Below are positions 11,457-23,427 of a stretch of 64,000 nucleotides of DNA, in pieces. A program made the position numbers and the translations under genes. A model generated the notes under the pieces. That model worked only from the letters and a program-made list of their open reading frames with translations. It was not told the origin of the DNA and ran no database searches. Position 1 is the stretch's first letter. Each line of letters begins with the position of its first letter. Source of the DNA: Zootoca vivipara (taxonomy: Eukaryota). The DNA lies in assembly GCF_963506605.1 (NCBI RefSeq), contig NC_083285.1, positions 62,000,001 to 62,064,000 on the forward strand, written 5' to 3'.

Positions 11457-12669
11457 GTAGGAACAGGCTTGAAATATTCATCCTTAACTGTTCAAGTAAT
11501 TCTTGCGGAAGCGTAGTCCTGCAGATTGGCACTTGAGCAACTGTCTGAAGCCTATGCCATCTTTATTTCAAGGCTGCATGTTGCACACTGGCATTCAGCT
11601 GCTGCAGCCTTGCTTTGAGTGGTGAGAAATCTGATACGAACAACATTGACAGTGCTAAAGAGAATTCTAATAGCCCTCAATAACTGAAGATGGAATTTAA
11701 GTATATGTAGATACTTTATTGTAAGGATCAGCTATTCTATTGCCTCTCTTCTCTTGTCCCCCCCCCCAATTTTTTTCCCTGTCTGTGTAATTCAGAGTGT
11801 TAAAATAGCAGTAGTATGCTAGAAACTCTGCAGATAATATTTTGTAACTAGTATATTTGAGAAACTAGATGTCAGTGCTGCTTGGGAATAGCGGCTTTAT
11901 AAATCTCATGTGCATTGCCTTTGAAGTGGGTTCTATTTAGTATGTTTAACTTTAAGATTAGATACTCTAAAGCAATTTTACTTAAAAGCACCCCTTTGAT
12001 TCCCTTGCATGTCAGTTATTTTGATGTAATTCCACTTGCTATTTTGTGCTTTAAAAATGCCTTCACAATATATCTGAACTGGTTCCGCCTACACAAGAGG
12101 GTTTAGTGAATTACTCTTGTTTTTACGACTGCAGCCAGCTTTAGAAATGTGCACATGTAGGTAATTATTTTGTAGATTTTTGAAATTAAACATTGTGATC
12201 ACAAGCAATCTTGAAGCCTTTTAAGAAAATTAGGATTTTAGCAGTATTTTACCTGAAATTATGAAGCAAAACTTATACATTCACTCACACACACACACAA
12301 ACACATACAATGTATATATAATGTGTGTGCTTATGGCATGTAGGTTGAGTGCATCTGTACTTTAAGTTCAGATACCCCAATAATAGACACGCTTTCCTTG
12401 AAGAAAGTCCAATTTGTTTAATTAGAACTTAATTTTTAAGCAAATATGCCCAAATCTGGAGACACAAACTACTGTTAATTTAAATGAGCTCATCCACAGA
12501 CACTTAAGTTTCAATTTTTTGGTTCTTGGATATGCTGTGATGTCATAGTGAGGGTACAATTGAACTTAGCTTTACGTTTGTTAGACAGTATGTGCATTGA
12601 CTATATATCAGTGTGAGTATTGGCCATATATAATGATGGGACTCATGTATACATGTTGCAAAGAACTAA

Positions 12670-13210
12670 CTCCGGATGGGGTTGCACTCCACCTGAAGAG
12701 CTAGGGATGCTCGTCCTGGAGATGAGGTGACGTTAGTGGTCCAGGACGACTCACCAGCTGCAGCCTTATTTAGAGATAACAGAACTTGCCTTGGTTACAC
12801 ATCTGGCTATGTCCAATATATTCCAGTATTGATTATTCTAATACACTTTACATGCATTTGAAGTTGGTCCAGAAACTAAAATTGGTGCAGAATGCAGTGA
12901 CTCTAATGCTTATAAGATATAGGCATCTTGTTCATATTCTGTACCAGGTACACTGATTGCCTATTTTTTGCAGGGCCAGATTTAAGTTGCTGGTGTTGAC
13001 CTGGCCTAATTTCCTTTGAACTTTAAAAGTTTAATTGAAATGGGCTTCTGATGCTCTGTTCTCTGATTCACTCTCTTCTCTGATTCACTGGTGAGAATTG
13101 TGAAATTAGTGAGTACCAGGGACCATATTGTTTTCTGGGGTGACCCCACATCTTTGGAATGCCCTCCCATGGAAAGTGTGCCTGGCTCCTGCTTTGCTGG
13201 CTTTATGAGG
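12670..13210 (+). mobile_element. Old degraded L2 fragment
   Basis: Remnants GATGGGGTTGCACTCC, TTGGTGCAGAATGCAG, TTTAAGTTGCTGGTGTTGACC and TGGAATGCCCTCCC are collinear with the other L2 copies in the window. Boundaries approximate. Confidence 0.6.
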
Positions 13211-14148
13211 ATTTAAAAGACTTTTAAAAATTCCGATGTGCATACACTTAATTTTAATGTATTGTGCTTTTAATTGCAGTATTATCTGCTGCTGCGTTAT
13301 TTTAATGCATAAGTCAAATACTGTATTGCTTTTCAGGTTTGGTTATTTGCTCTGCAGTTTAAAGTACCGTATGTTGATGTTATTGAAAAGCGGACTGGAA
13401 ATGTTTAACATATTATTGGCTGTAGATATTATTCTCTCTTCTTGCTTCCACAGTGAATCAAAAATTTAAAAATACACTCTCCTCCCTCCCTTCTCGTGGG
13501 AAGAAATAAGTTTTCAGTCTACTCCACTTTTCATTTTTCTTTTCAAAACTCATATTCTATTTAGCCGGAATTCAGTCAGTCACTGAATGGGTTTAAAGTT
13601 TTATCTGAATTGTGTTTGCTATGTCTTATGGAGGTAGAATATAGGCAGTTCAGCAGTTTGTGTCACCATGGCATTGAATTATTTTTGTGCTGCAATCGTA
13701 GACATGCTGACCTTGAAGTAAGCCCCATTGGACTCAATAGGACTTACTTTTGAGTGTATTTCTGTAGGTTGCACTGGTAAGGCTTTTAATTTTTATCTGT
13801 ATCGTTTTCTGATTTTGTACAGTAGATAACATATGAATGTTTTCTTGATGCTTTGACAGTTTGGGTCCCCTATCCCAATACCCCCCCCCCACTACTTCTT
13901 GTTCATAAGAATCAGCTTCATTTTCTTAAGCTCTGTTTCATGGAGTTGTGTTTGTGTCATACAAACTGTGTGTGTATTAAAAAAATTACCACCACCACCA
14001 CTTAGCATGATGGATCTGCATCTGAGGAAAGTTCTTTTTCAAGAGAATAGCCTCTTCAGGATAATCTCCATTTAGGCATCTCCCTCTAAAACGGAAAGAG
14101 CCACTCTCTCCGCCTCCCACTGTGCCCCCAATGGATGATTTTCAAGTA

Positions 14149-14391
14149 CAGTGGTACCTCTACTTACGAATTTAATGCGTTCCGAACACACATTTGTAAG
14201 TCGAAAAAATTTGTAAGTCGAATCCCATAGGAATGCATTGGGAGAAAAAATTTGTAAGTCAAAGCAACCCTATCTAAAAATTCGTAAGTAGAAAAAATCC
14301 TATCTAAACCGCATCCAAGATGGCGGATGGAGCTCTATTTGTAAGTAGAAAAATTCGTAAGTAGAGTTATTTGTAAGTAGAGGTACCACTG
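14149..14391. mobile_element. Tc1/mariner (pogo/Tigger-like) MITE
   Basis: TA|CAGTGGTACCTCTACTTAC...GTAAGTAGAGGTACCACTG|TA: perfect 19-bp TIR. Confidence 0.92.
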
Positions 14392-14798
14392 TATCCTCTT
14401 GGGTATCTTGAAGGAAGGGGCTCCTGGCTACCATATTACAATCTTGCAAGAAGGGGCCTGGTTCCAAAGTTCTACATAGTTTAAATTATGTGAACTCTGA
14501 CACCTCTTCTCTCTCAATTTTCAGAGGTCTTCTTCAGGGGCCTTCTCAGTGTACCTTTTTGGTAGGTATTATAGTTGAGTGGATCTTTTCTTTTTAGGTG
14601 TGTCCAGACTCCCTAGTCTTCTCCCTAGGAAGATGCATCTGGCCTCTAATTTCAGGTGGTAGTTTTCTATCCTTTTTTTCTGTTGACCCTTTGAGAGAAC
14701 AGGACTCTTGTTCTCCTGCTTCGTGTACTCCTCTTTTTGCTGTGGTCATTGCAATGTTGTCTATTGGTAATGCTATTTGCTGTCATGATTTTATGATA

Positions 14799-15038
14799 CA
14801 GATGTACCTTGGAAGTTGAATGGAATCTGTTCTGGAAGTCCGTTTGTCTTCCAAAATGTTCGACTTACAATGCGTGCTTCCGATGGGCTGCAGGAGCGTC
14901 CTGCAGCCCACCGGAAGCTGCACCAGATGTTCGGCTTCCGAAAATCATTCGAAAACCGGAATAATCACTTGTGGTTTTTGATCGTTCGGGAGCCAAAATG
15001 TCCGAGTTCACAGGCGTTTGGCTACCAAGGTTCCACTG
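14799..15038. mobile_element. Tc1/mariner (pogo/Tigger-like) MITE
   Basis: TA|CAGATGTACCTTGG...CCAAGGTTCCACTG|TA. Confidence 0.8.
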
Positions 15039-15219
15039 TATTTTGCATTAAAAAAAGCATGCGTTGCCTCGACAAGCATTCATTTGATGGGAAACATGCA
15101 TGTAAATATTCCATTTTTTAAAAAAATAATCTAATTATATATTGAAACCCTAACTATGAAAAAGTGAAACAGTCCTTTCCTTGTCCAGTATCTCTGAAAG
15201 GACTCGTTGAGTTTCAAAA

Positions 15220-15860
15220 ATAAAACTGCCAATATGCCATTGTATGAGCCTAGATTAAGACCACATTCGGAATACTGTGTCCATTTCTGGTCACTACCTC
15301 AAGAGGAATATTCTGAAGCTGGAAAAGGTGCAGAAAACAGGAACAGAAATAATATAGGAGATGGAGCAACTCTTCTAACATGACAAATTAGAACATTTGT
15401 GGCTGCTTAGAAAAATGGTGAGGGGCTATTTATAGAAAATGGCACATGTTAGGGACAAAGGAGAGAGAGAGAGAGAAGTATTTCCTCTCTTACAATTCTA
15501 GAACCCAGGGCCAGCTGAACTTTGGAAGATTCAGAGCAGAAAAAAGGAAGTCTTAGCACAGATTATAGTTAAATTACGGCATTCACTTCAAGACGTGGGG
15601 ACGGCCACAAACTTGGATGGCTTTAAAAGATGGTGAGACAAATTCATGAAGACCAGGCTGTCAATGGTTACTAATCATAATAGCTGTATACCACCTCCAG
15701 AATTAGGGGCAGCATGCCTCTGGATACTACTTGATGTGAAACAGTGGGGGGTGGCTATTACTCCTGCATTCTGCTTGTGTGCTTTCAATATGCAATCGTG
15801 TTGGCCACTGTGGGAAATTGGATCCTGGACTATATAATAAAACCTGTGTCCCTGACCACT
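15220..15860 (+). mobile_element. Degraded CR1 ORF2 C-terminus and 3'UTR
   Basis: AGACCACATTCGGAATACTGTGTCCATTTCTGG (RPH.EYCV.FW) and CTGGAAAAGGTGCAG (LEKVQ) are CR1 signatures. Boundaries approximate. Confidence 0.7.
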
Positions 15861-17642
15861 AAGCTTGTTTGTTTGCTTTAACATAGCAAATATTCTTCCA
15901 GAGTCACACAATTAAACAGTGTTCTAAGTTTGTCTCCTGACAGGGCTTTGCTGGTAGAATAGATTGGCGTATTGTGTGGGTAGAGCAATATTTAATTATG
16001 ATATTTAGACAGCTACTTAAACAACTTGGTCATTTGAGAATTAAAATGAATGCCTTAATTTATTGAGGGAGTTGTCTCTTAATTAATCTGTTCTTATTTT
16101 AGGTGATAACCATGGCTGATGTTTAACATTTTTTTTACTGTGAATACCAGATCTCTTGCAGCTGATATAAATTGTTGTGTTACTAAGCAGTCCATTTCCT
16201 TTTTCCTTTTAAAAAAGGGCAGTAAATTTATCTGGGTTGCCCAAGCCAGATAATTTACTGTCCTTAAAAAAGAAAAAGACTGCTTAAACATGTCTCCTGG
16301 TTTCTTATGAGACACTAAACCTTAATATACCAGCATGTGACTCCTTCTCTTGGCTCGTAAGTGAGGAAGGGCCATAGCTTAGTGTTGGAATACATGTGTT
16401 GAATGACACAGGATTGGTTACTGGAATCTTAAATTAAAATAATGTATTGTCAGACTTTGAAGTATTAGACTAGATGCAGTAATGGTCCAACTTTTTGTGA
16501 GCATGTTTATAGCTTGTTGATGCTATATCAACTGTTAAAGCAGCAAATGTCAATTAGGAGACCCAAGTCAGAACACTATAGGTTGGATCAACCATAGCGC
16601 ATTGGACTATGGTGTATTCAGAAAAAGGAACCAAAGGTTTATATCTCTTTGGACACATTAAAGCATTGAGTGACGGCAGGCCAGTTACTAACTCAGGATT
16701 TGTACACCATCTGTAAACTGGAGATGCTAATCGACTTTACTGAGATGGCGATTGGGTTTGTGGAATGAAGATTTCAATGCACTTTTATAACAAGTGCTAA
16801 AGAAACTGTAGGCAACTTGCAATATATATTTAAATGCTAGCTAACTTTTTCTGTACTGTAGTACTGTAACGTAAAGAGGTGGTGAACTTTTCTGTCTCGG
16901 GTCACCTTGACAAGTGTTCAGTAGGCCGCAGCAAAGTATATTGGTGTGCATTCCTGGGTATTCATAACTATGTTTCTATTCATAGTCTTTCATATGTGGT
17001 CTGAAATGTTAGAGAAGACTAAGAAAGGAAGGCCGAAACAGAATAGTTGATATGCTCTTCGGGGGCACACTTTTCGTGACTGTTCAGAAGCTCAGGTATT
17101 TCATAACACAGCTGCAAGGCTGCTAAGACATTTAAGCATCAGCACATCTCAGCACTCGGTAAAGAATTCCACAGGTTAGCAAATTCATTTCCTAGCATGA
17201 TTCAAAATGCTGCTTTCCTTTCCTTTCCTTTGAAATGCCCCCAGCAAATTGTCAGAGGCAACTACAGTATCAAGACAAACAATATAATCAGGAAGAGCAA
17301 CAAAATGAAAATAGTGAAACATTGTGGATATCTCAAACATGTAAGGGAGAAAGTGCTTTTTAAAACCCTAAATCTAGGGTATTTGAAGTACATGCTTCCA
17401 GATAAATCTGCGTGGATGTTAAGCTTGTCATTGGAGTTGTCTAAGGGTGCCCTTGCCATCTCAAGTGAGACAAAGCCTTCACTGTAGTGGCCCCTCAGAT
17501 TTGAAACTTTCCTTCCTGATCTGTTTGCCTGCTGCCAAGATTATGGGTTTTTGGCAGCAACTGGGATGGTCTCATTGGGGGTGGGGGCTTATAAGGGTTT
17601 TAATAGGTAATGTGATTGTAGATCTGCTTGTAATTGTTGGTA

Positions 17643-18388
17643 CAGTGGTACCTCTACTTACTAATGACTCTACTTACAAATGTATCTACTTACGAAGAGA
17701 AAAACATAGTAAAAAATGGCGGCGCGCTTACGAAATTTTCCACATCCAAACGGCCACGCTGCCCTGCGCTCGCCGCCGGATCGAGCCCTTGCCGCCGCCG
17801 CCGTGAGGCTGGCCTCCTGCTGGCCTCGCAGGATCAGGCTCTTGCCGCCGCTGCCGCGACGAGGCCAGCCTTCTGCCAGCCTCGCGGGACTGGAGCCTCG
17901 CCACTGCTGCTGCTGCAGCAAGGCCGGCCTTCTGCGGGCCTCGCAGCAGGGTGATGGGAGTTGCAGTCCTGGCGACGTCGGAGGCCGAGCCAGGGCACCC
18001 GCGGCGGGCCGTGTGGGGCTTGGGCTCGCGCGGACATGGTGCAGGCGGCAGCGATGCGGAGCCTCTCTTGACGGGTCCAGCAGTACCGGGTGGGCGCCTA
18101 GGCTGGAGTGACGGCGAGGGGTGGAGGGCGCTTCCTCCGCATGGCGACTCCAGCTGTGCTCTGAGCAGAGAAGCCGAGGACAGGAGAGACGGGCTCGCGG
18201 CAGCGGCGGCCCGATCCAGCGGTGGCGGTGGCAAGTGCAGGGCAGCGAGGGAGGTGAGGCTCTGGGACGAATTAATCCGTTCCCAATGCATTCGTATGGG
18301 AAACCGTGTTTCGACTTACCGGTACAAATGTTTCTACATACGAATGTGCATCCGGAACGGATTAAATTCGTAAGTAGAGGTTCCACTG
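17643..18388. mobile_element. Tc1/mariner (pogo/Tigger-like) MITE with GC/CpG-rich interior
   Basis: TA|CAGTGGTACCTCTACTTAC...GTAAGTAGAGGTTCCACTG|TA; interior at about 17750-18260 is very GC-rich with internal 55-60 bp repeats. Confidence 0.9.
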
Positions 18389-19180
18389 TATATGCTGCTG
18401 CCTGTCTTTGTGGCTCCTTTTGTATATTGGCAGCTGCCCTGGGAATTTAAAAAGTGGATTCAGAACTAAAAAGGGGGAATGCAGACAGAACAGATGTGGT
18501 GTACTTATTCTTTCATTTTCATTTTCATTTTCATTTTCATTTATACCCTGTCTTTCTCCCAAGTTGGGATTCAAGGTGGGTTACAGCATTATAAACATTA
18601 ATAATAAAATACAGAATAATAAAAACAAACTACCGTAGTTAAAAACAATAATTAAACACATTGCAGCATATTTACAACCTACAATTAAGTTCTGCTGTAC
18701 TACAGCTGTTATTTACGGCTGGGGGGCAACATGACTGTGAATACACTTGAAAATGAGATGTTTTAATGGTATTTGGATCTGAAGGAACTTGGTGTTCTAT
18801 TTTGCTGATAGTCTACGTGACTAGCAGGCTTGTGATACTCTCTGTGGGCTTCAGGATTTCTTCACTGAACTCGGTGTTGACGGATGGATGTATTCACAAT
18901 CTATTTAATCTCTTTGGTTTGCCTTAAAAACAAAAAAGGAAAGCTAGTCCTTGAATGTATGAACCTTCTGGTTTGGGTTGTTTGTGTGTGCTCTTTGTGC
19001 TGGGATTTTGAAGGAGCAAAGTAGAAAATGAGCTGTTTATTTTCATCTTCCTACAAACAGTCACTTGTTTCTCCCTACCCTGGTCTTTACTATCAGGGCT
19101 TGCTAGTCAGGCCTGGATGTTTTTCCCAGACAGTTGTCTGGACGTGTATGTCCGTGCTTTGCTGTTTATGTTCCAGTACA

Positions 19181-19559
19181 AGATAAGATAAATCTTTATT
19201 GTCATTGTCCCCTTGCGGGAACAAAGAAATTGCTCGGTTACCACATCCACTCATATAAAGCATTCCACATAATCAAAAAAAAATTACTACAAAAACCTCA
19301 TTAAAGCAGTGCAATATGGTACAATATAACAAGTAAAATAAGATGACTTCAAAGTCCAGACTTTCCATTTAAGGCCAAAATCGCTCTAGAGAAGAAACTG
19401 TTCCTGAGACAGCTCGTTCTTGCCTGCATTGTTCTATATCTCCGTCCCGATGGCAGGAGCTCGAAGAAACGGTGACCAGGGTGCGTTGGATCTCTTGATA
19501 TGTCTAGGGCTTTTCTATGACACCTGGTGGTATAGATTTGTTCTAAGGTGGAGAGTGAG
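19181..19559 (-). mobile_element. 5'-truncated Rex1/Babar LINE
   Basis: Minus-strand peptide LEQIYTTRCHRKALDISRDPTHPGHRFFELLPSGRRYR..LRNSFF is the Rex1 C-terminus; short (TTATC)n tail; CAGTACA on both flanks (19174-19180, 19560-19566). Confidence 0.85.
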
Positions 19560-19791
19560 CAGTACATAGCTCTGTTGCATTTCAGGGTGGATGTGGCCAG
19601 CTGCACCAATTTTGTTTGTAAGCTCCAGCCATTGGGTCAGGGTCCTCAGATAAGTACACTGACACCCTGACACATCCTAGAGTTAGGAAAGAGCTGGGTT
19701 GTGTTGGGAATAGTGCTTTTCTCTTCAAGCCTGAGTCAGTGTAATAATAGGAGATGGAAGCAACAAAGAAACAGAGTAATTTAGTGCACTA

Positions 19792-20234
19792 CAGTGGTAC
19801 CTCGGTTTAAGTACAATTGGTTCCGGAAGTCTGTACTTAACCTGAAGCGTATTTAACCTGAAGTGAACTTTCCCATTGAAAGTAATGGAAAGAGGATTAA
19901 TCCGTTCCAGACTGTCCACGGCGTATAAGACAATTGGGCATATAAGACGACCCCCAACTTTCCCAGTTAAAATATAGGGTTTGGGATATACTCGCCGTAT
20001 AAGAAATACGACCCGGCATATAAGACGACCCCTGACTTTTGAGAAGATTTTCCTGGGTTAAAAAGTAGTCTTATACACAGGAATATACAGTACATAAACT
20101 GAAGCGTACTTAACCTGAAGTGAACCTTCCCATTGAAAGTAATGGAAAGTGGATTAATCCGTTCCAGACGGGTCCGTGGAGTACTTAAACTAAAAGTACT
20201 CAAACTGAAGCGTACTTAAACCGAGGTATGACTG
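19792..20234. mobile_element. Tc1/mariner MITE (same subfamily as 63419-63844) containing a nested MITE
   Basis: TA|CAGTGGTACCTCGGTTTAAGTAC...GTACTTAAACCGAGGTATGACTG|TA. Confidence 0.88.
19919..20090. mobile_element. Nested Tc2-like MITE with left TIR truncated
   Basis: Right end GTCTTATACACAGGAATATACAG|TA; repeated (G/A)TATAAGAC motifs; left end begins at CGGCGTATAAGAC. Confidence 0.7.
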
Positions 20235-20250
20235 TACTGAAAGTGAGTAA

Positions 20251-20492
20251 ATGGTAAAGGGACCCCTGACCGTTAGGTCCAGCCGCAGATGACTCTGGGG
20301 TTGTGGCGCTCATTTCGCTTTCCTGGCCGAGAGAGCCGGCGTACAGCTTCCGGGTCATGTTGCCAGCATGATTACGGTAAGCCACTTCTGGTCAACCAGA
20401 GCAGCACACGGAAACGCCGTTTACCTTCCCGCCGGAGCAGTACCTATTTATCTACTTGCACTTCGTGCTTTCGAACTGCTAGGCTGGCAGGA
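20251..20492 (-). mobile_element. 5'-truncated Sauria SINE (Podarcis-type)
   Basis: Reverse complement reads CCTAGCAGTTCGAAAGCACG..AGTAGATAAATAGGTAC..CATGACCCGGAAGCTGTACGCCGGCTC..GGTCAGGGGTCCCTTTACC; 12-bp TSD GAAAGTGAGTAA (20239-20250, 20493-20504). Confidence 0.92.
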
Positions 20493-20568
20493 GAAAGTGA
20501 GTAACCCCTGGCCTAAATCTGGTATACTGGGTCAAGCTGCAATGCAGGCTTGGCTCTGAAATGTGGTG

Positions 20569-20570
<2 letters not shown>

Positions 20571-20622
<52 letters not shown>
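20571..20622. repeat. (AT)n microsatellite
   Basis: Read directly. Other simple repeats: (TG)n about 3867-3898, (CA)n about 27660-27702 and 40828-40862, (TG)n(TCTG)n about 45064-45110, (TG)n(GA)n about 51119-51166. Confidence 0.95.
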
Positions 20623-20625
<3 letters not shown>

Positions 20626-23427
20626 AAATGAGTTCACGAATGGTTCTACTATTTATTAAACCTTTCCTATCTTGTTTCTCTGCTCCACCCTGCTCAATCT
20701 TCGCTAGATCTAATATTTCCAGAGATGTTTACTGATTAAATAATTTTTTGACAAATAACATTTTATATTTTCAGAACTTTAATATAGGTGCCTTTTTGAG
20801 AGAGAAGTGTGTAAGAATTTGAAATTCAATAAAACAAATTCAGGCTCATTATTAAAAGGAAAGGTCATTTTTAATATCTTTTCCCTCCCCTTATCAAATT
20901 GCACAGCAGAAGCAAAGTAACTTTAAAATTTGATGTGTACTCCATCAATGAATCGGATTTAATATGTCAGCCACAAAGACTTGCCAAACACTTTAAGGAC
21001 ATATTGTGTGATGGTCTCGAAAAGTGGATAGGTAGGGCCATGTAATAATTTATCTAATTGCTCTTAACATAATATCTCCTCCACAGCTTGACAATGTGTG
21101 ATGCTAATTTGTAAGCACCCTATAGCTTAGGTCTATATGTATTACAGTGCATTTGTGAATAGAGTGCTTTGATATTAATATTCCAATGATTGGATGATTG
21201 GAAACATTCTATGCTCTTCAAAAGGAAGAGCAACCTTGTGATGGGTTTCCCTTGGCAAGGATGAAATAACCTAATCCAATTATGCTTCATCTGCTTTATT
21301 GACCTCTTCGTTCTACCTTCTTGACACATAGTGGCACAGTAAAGGAGCTTACCGGCAAGTGTTTTTGCATTTATTGAATTTGCAAAGCTGCTATTAAAGT
21401 TTTGGAAATGCACGGATGGAGCTTGCAGGCTTTCTGTCCTCATGGAATTGGTTTTGGAAGTGATCTTACTTTCAGGTACTCCCATTATTCAGTCCTAGAG
21501 CAAATATATTGCTCTGAGTAATCAAAATGATTACTTTAGAGAGTCAGAAACGTAACATGTTCAGGTTGACCCTAAACATCGTGGGCAGTGATGGCTTAAG
21601 TGTTGGTGCAACGTTGCCTAGATGCTTTCCGTACACTTCAGACTATAGGAATGCTAGGAAGACTATGGACTTTTGCCATGGAAGCAAGCAGGCGGGGAAT
21701 TTGGGAGGTTGTATGTACATCATAGGATTGTCTAGTTTTAGGTGAATTTTGCCAGTTGTTGCTTCTGCTTTCATTGCAGCACTGTGTGTTAACAATCCTA
21801 AAGGGGCAGCGAGGAACTGACCAAGAAGTGAGGTGAAGGGCTGAACTTTATACATTGACTTGAACTAACATGTTACCTGATTGTGGGTTTTGTTGCCTTA
21901 GCAAGAGGAGTTTGGATATTGCAAGCTCTGCTGTTGTTTCAAAAAGAAATTTAGAGATCATTGTACTTAAGTTACGCTGCCTGACAAGAAAAGATCTTTG
22001 GCATTTAAAGTCCAATTGTCTTCATTTAACGCCATCTTGCAGCAAGTAGAAGCGTTACCCACACATCAGCTTATGTGGGTGAGGGATGACAACACTTGTC
22101 TTCATGTATATGAGCAGGGTTCAACTGCAAGTGAACAAATGCATCCTTCTCTTTCTTTCCCTCCATTGTGGTGGTTGTGTTTAAATTTTGTCTTTCAGAC
22201 AGTTGATTGTAAAAGTGAGAGATGAAAGGAGGTTGTCAGCACAGCTTTCTTGGTGAGGCAGTTGATTTCTCCCGAGCAAAGAGAGCAATTCATTTAATTT
22301 GTTTGCTAGACAAGACTGTCATTGCTGTTGTACGGATGGGTAGCATAGGCTGTAAATTTTGCTGATATGAAACCCCAAGGAAATGAACTGCCTGGACTTT
22401 GAGGAAGTCACAGAAGTCAAGAGGGCAAATCTAGTGTACATAATATTCAAATATTAAACATGGTGCCCAGTTTAGAGGATAGAGGGCAGAGATTGTTTTT
22501 CTAATGTGGGGAATTCACAGCATCAGGTGTTGATCATCCAATGAATAGATACTGCATTTTCCTCTAAGCTCATTTAAATTCTGGCTTAAATCTTTAACTG
22601 GGGACAGTGTTTTCCTCAATCCACAGTTCCATGGTCAATGCTGGAAAGAGAAGGAAAAAGTTAATATAGGAGAGAGAAGGTGGAGAGGACAATGTATAAG
22701 GCAGCTTCCTATGTTCTACCTAGCCTGCAGCTTGGTCATTCATGGGTTAGCCTAATGCATTTGCAGCCTGAAAACCCATGTTTCTGCTGATCTTTGGATA
22801 GAAACCAGAAGGAAAACCTATCTTAAATGTCTTTTTCATAATGCAGAGTGATCAGGATGCTGGTACAGGATGATGGATCCTACATGAGTGGTAGAGTCTC
22901 TGCTTTTAGGTCATTTCCTGCAGTCATACTTGATCAAAGCTAAATCACATGGGTTCAGTATTAAGCTGATCTTCATGCATAAACAATCCTGTTCTGCTAG
23001 CGGAAGAGCCTTTCAACTGCTGAATAGAACACACACACCCCAGGAAATTTTGGGGGCATGCAGGAGGAGTGGAAGAAGGGAACTCCCATTCCCACTTACT
23101 GCTTTCCCCCTTCATATCTGGGAAAGCCTGTCTCTCTGCCTTGTTATATAACATGTAGCTCCAACAGTCTTGTTTCTAGATTCTCTTTTTTGAGCAGCAA
23201 ACTGACAGATTCTAGACAGCACAACAGATGTTAACATCTGTAGTATACTTCGGACATAACAACTGACAGTCAAGCACACTTCTCCAGGGCATTTTTACTG
23301 TTGGGAAAGTTGAGCTTTGTCAGGTATTCTTGCCACAGAAGGAAAAACTTTTTTTAAAGCTTGCCTCAGCTGTGTACATGTGGTTGTGTTTTTTTAAATG
23401 AAGCATGGGTGATTTTCATGGGTGATT

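Noticed and set aside
17634-18450. Several overlapping 100-240 aa ORFs on both strands
   Set aside because: A by-product of stop-poor GC-rich sequence inside a MITE; low-complexity Ala/Arg/Pro translations with no domain.
21442-21475. Phase-1 mini-exon MELVLEVILLS-G|GTACTC
   Set aside because: Weak donor, very short, and no recognisable homology.
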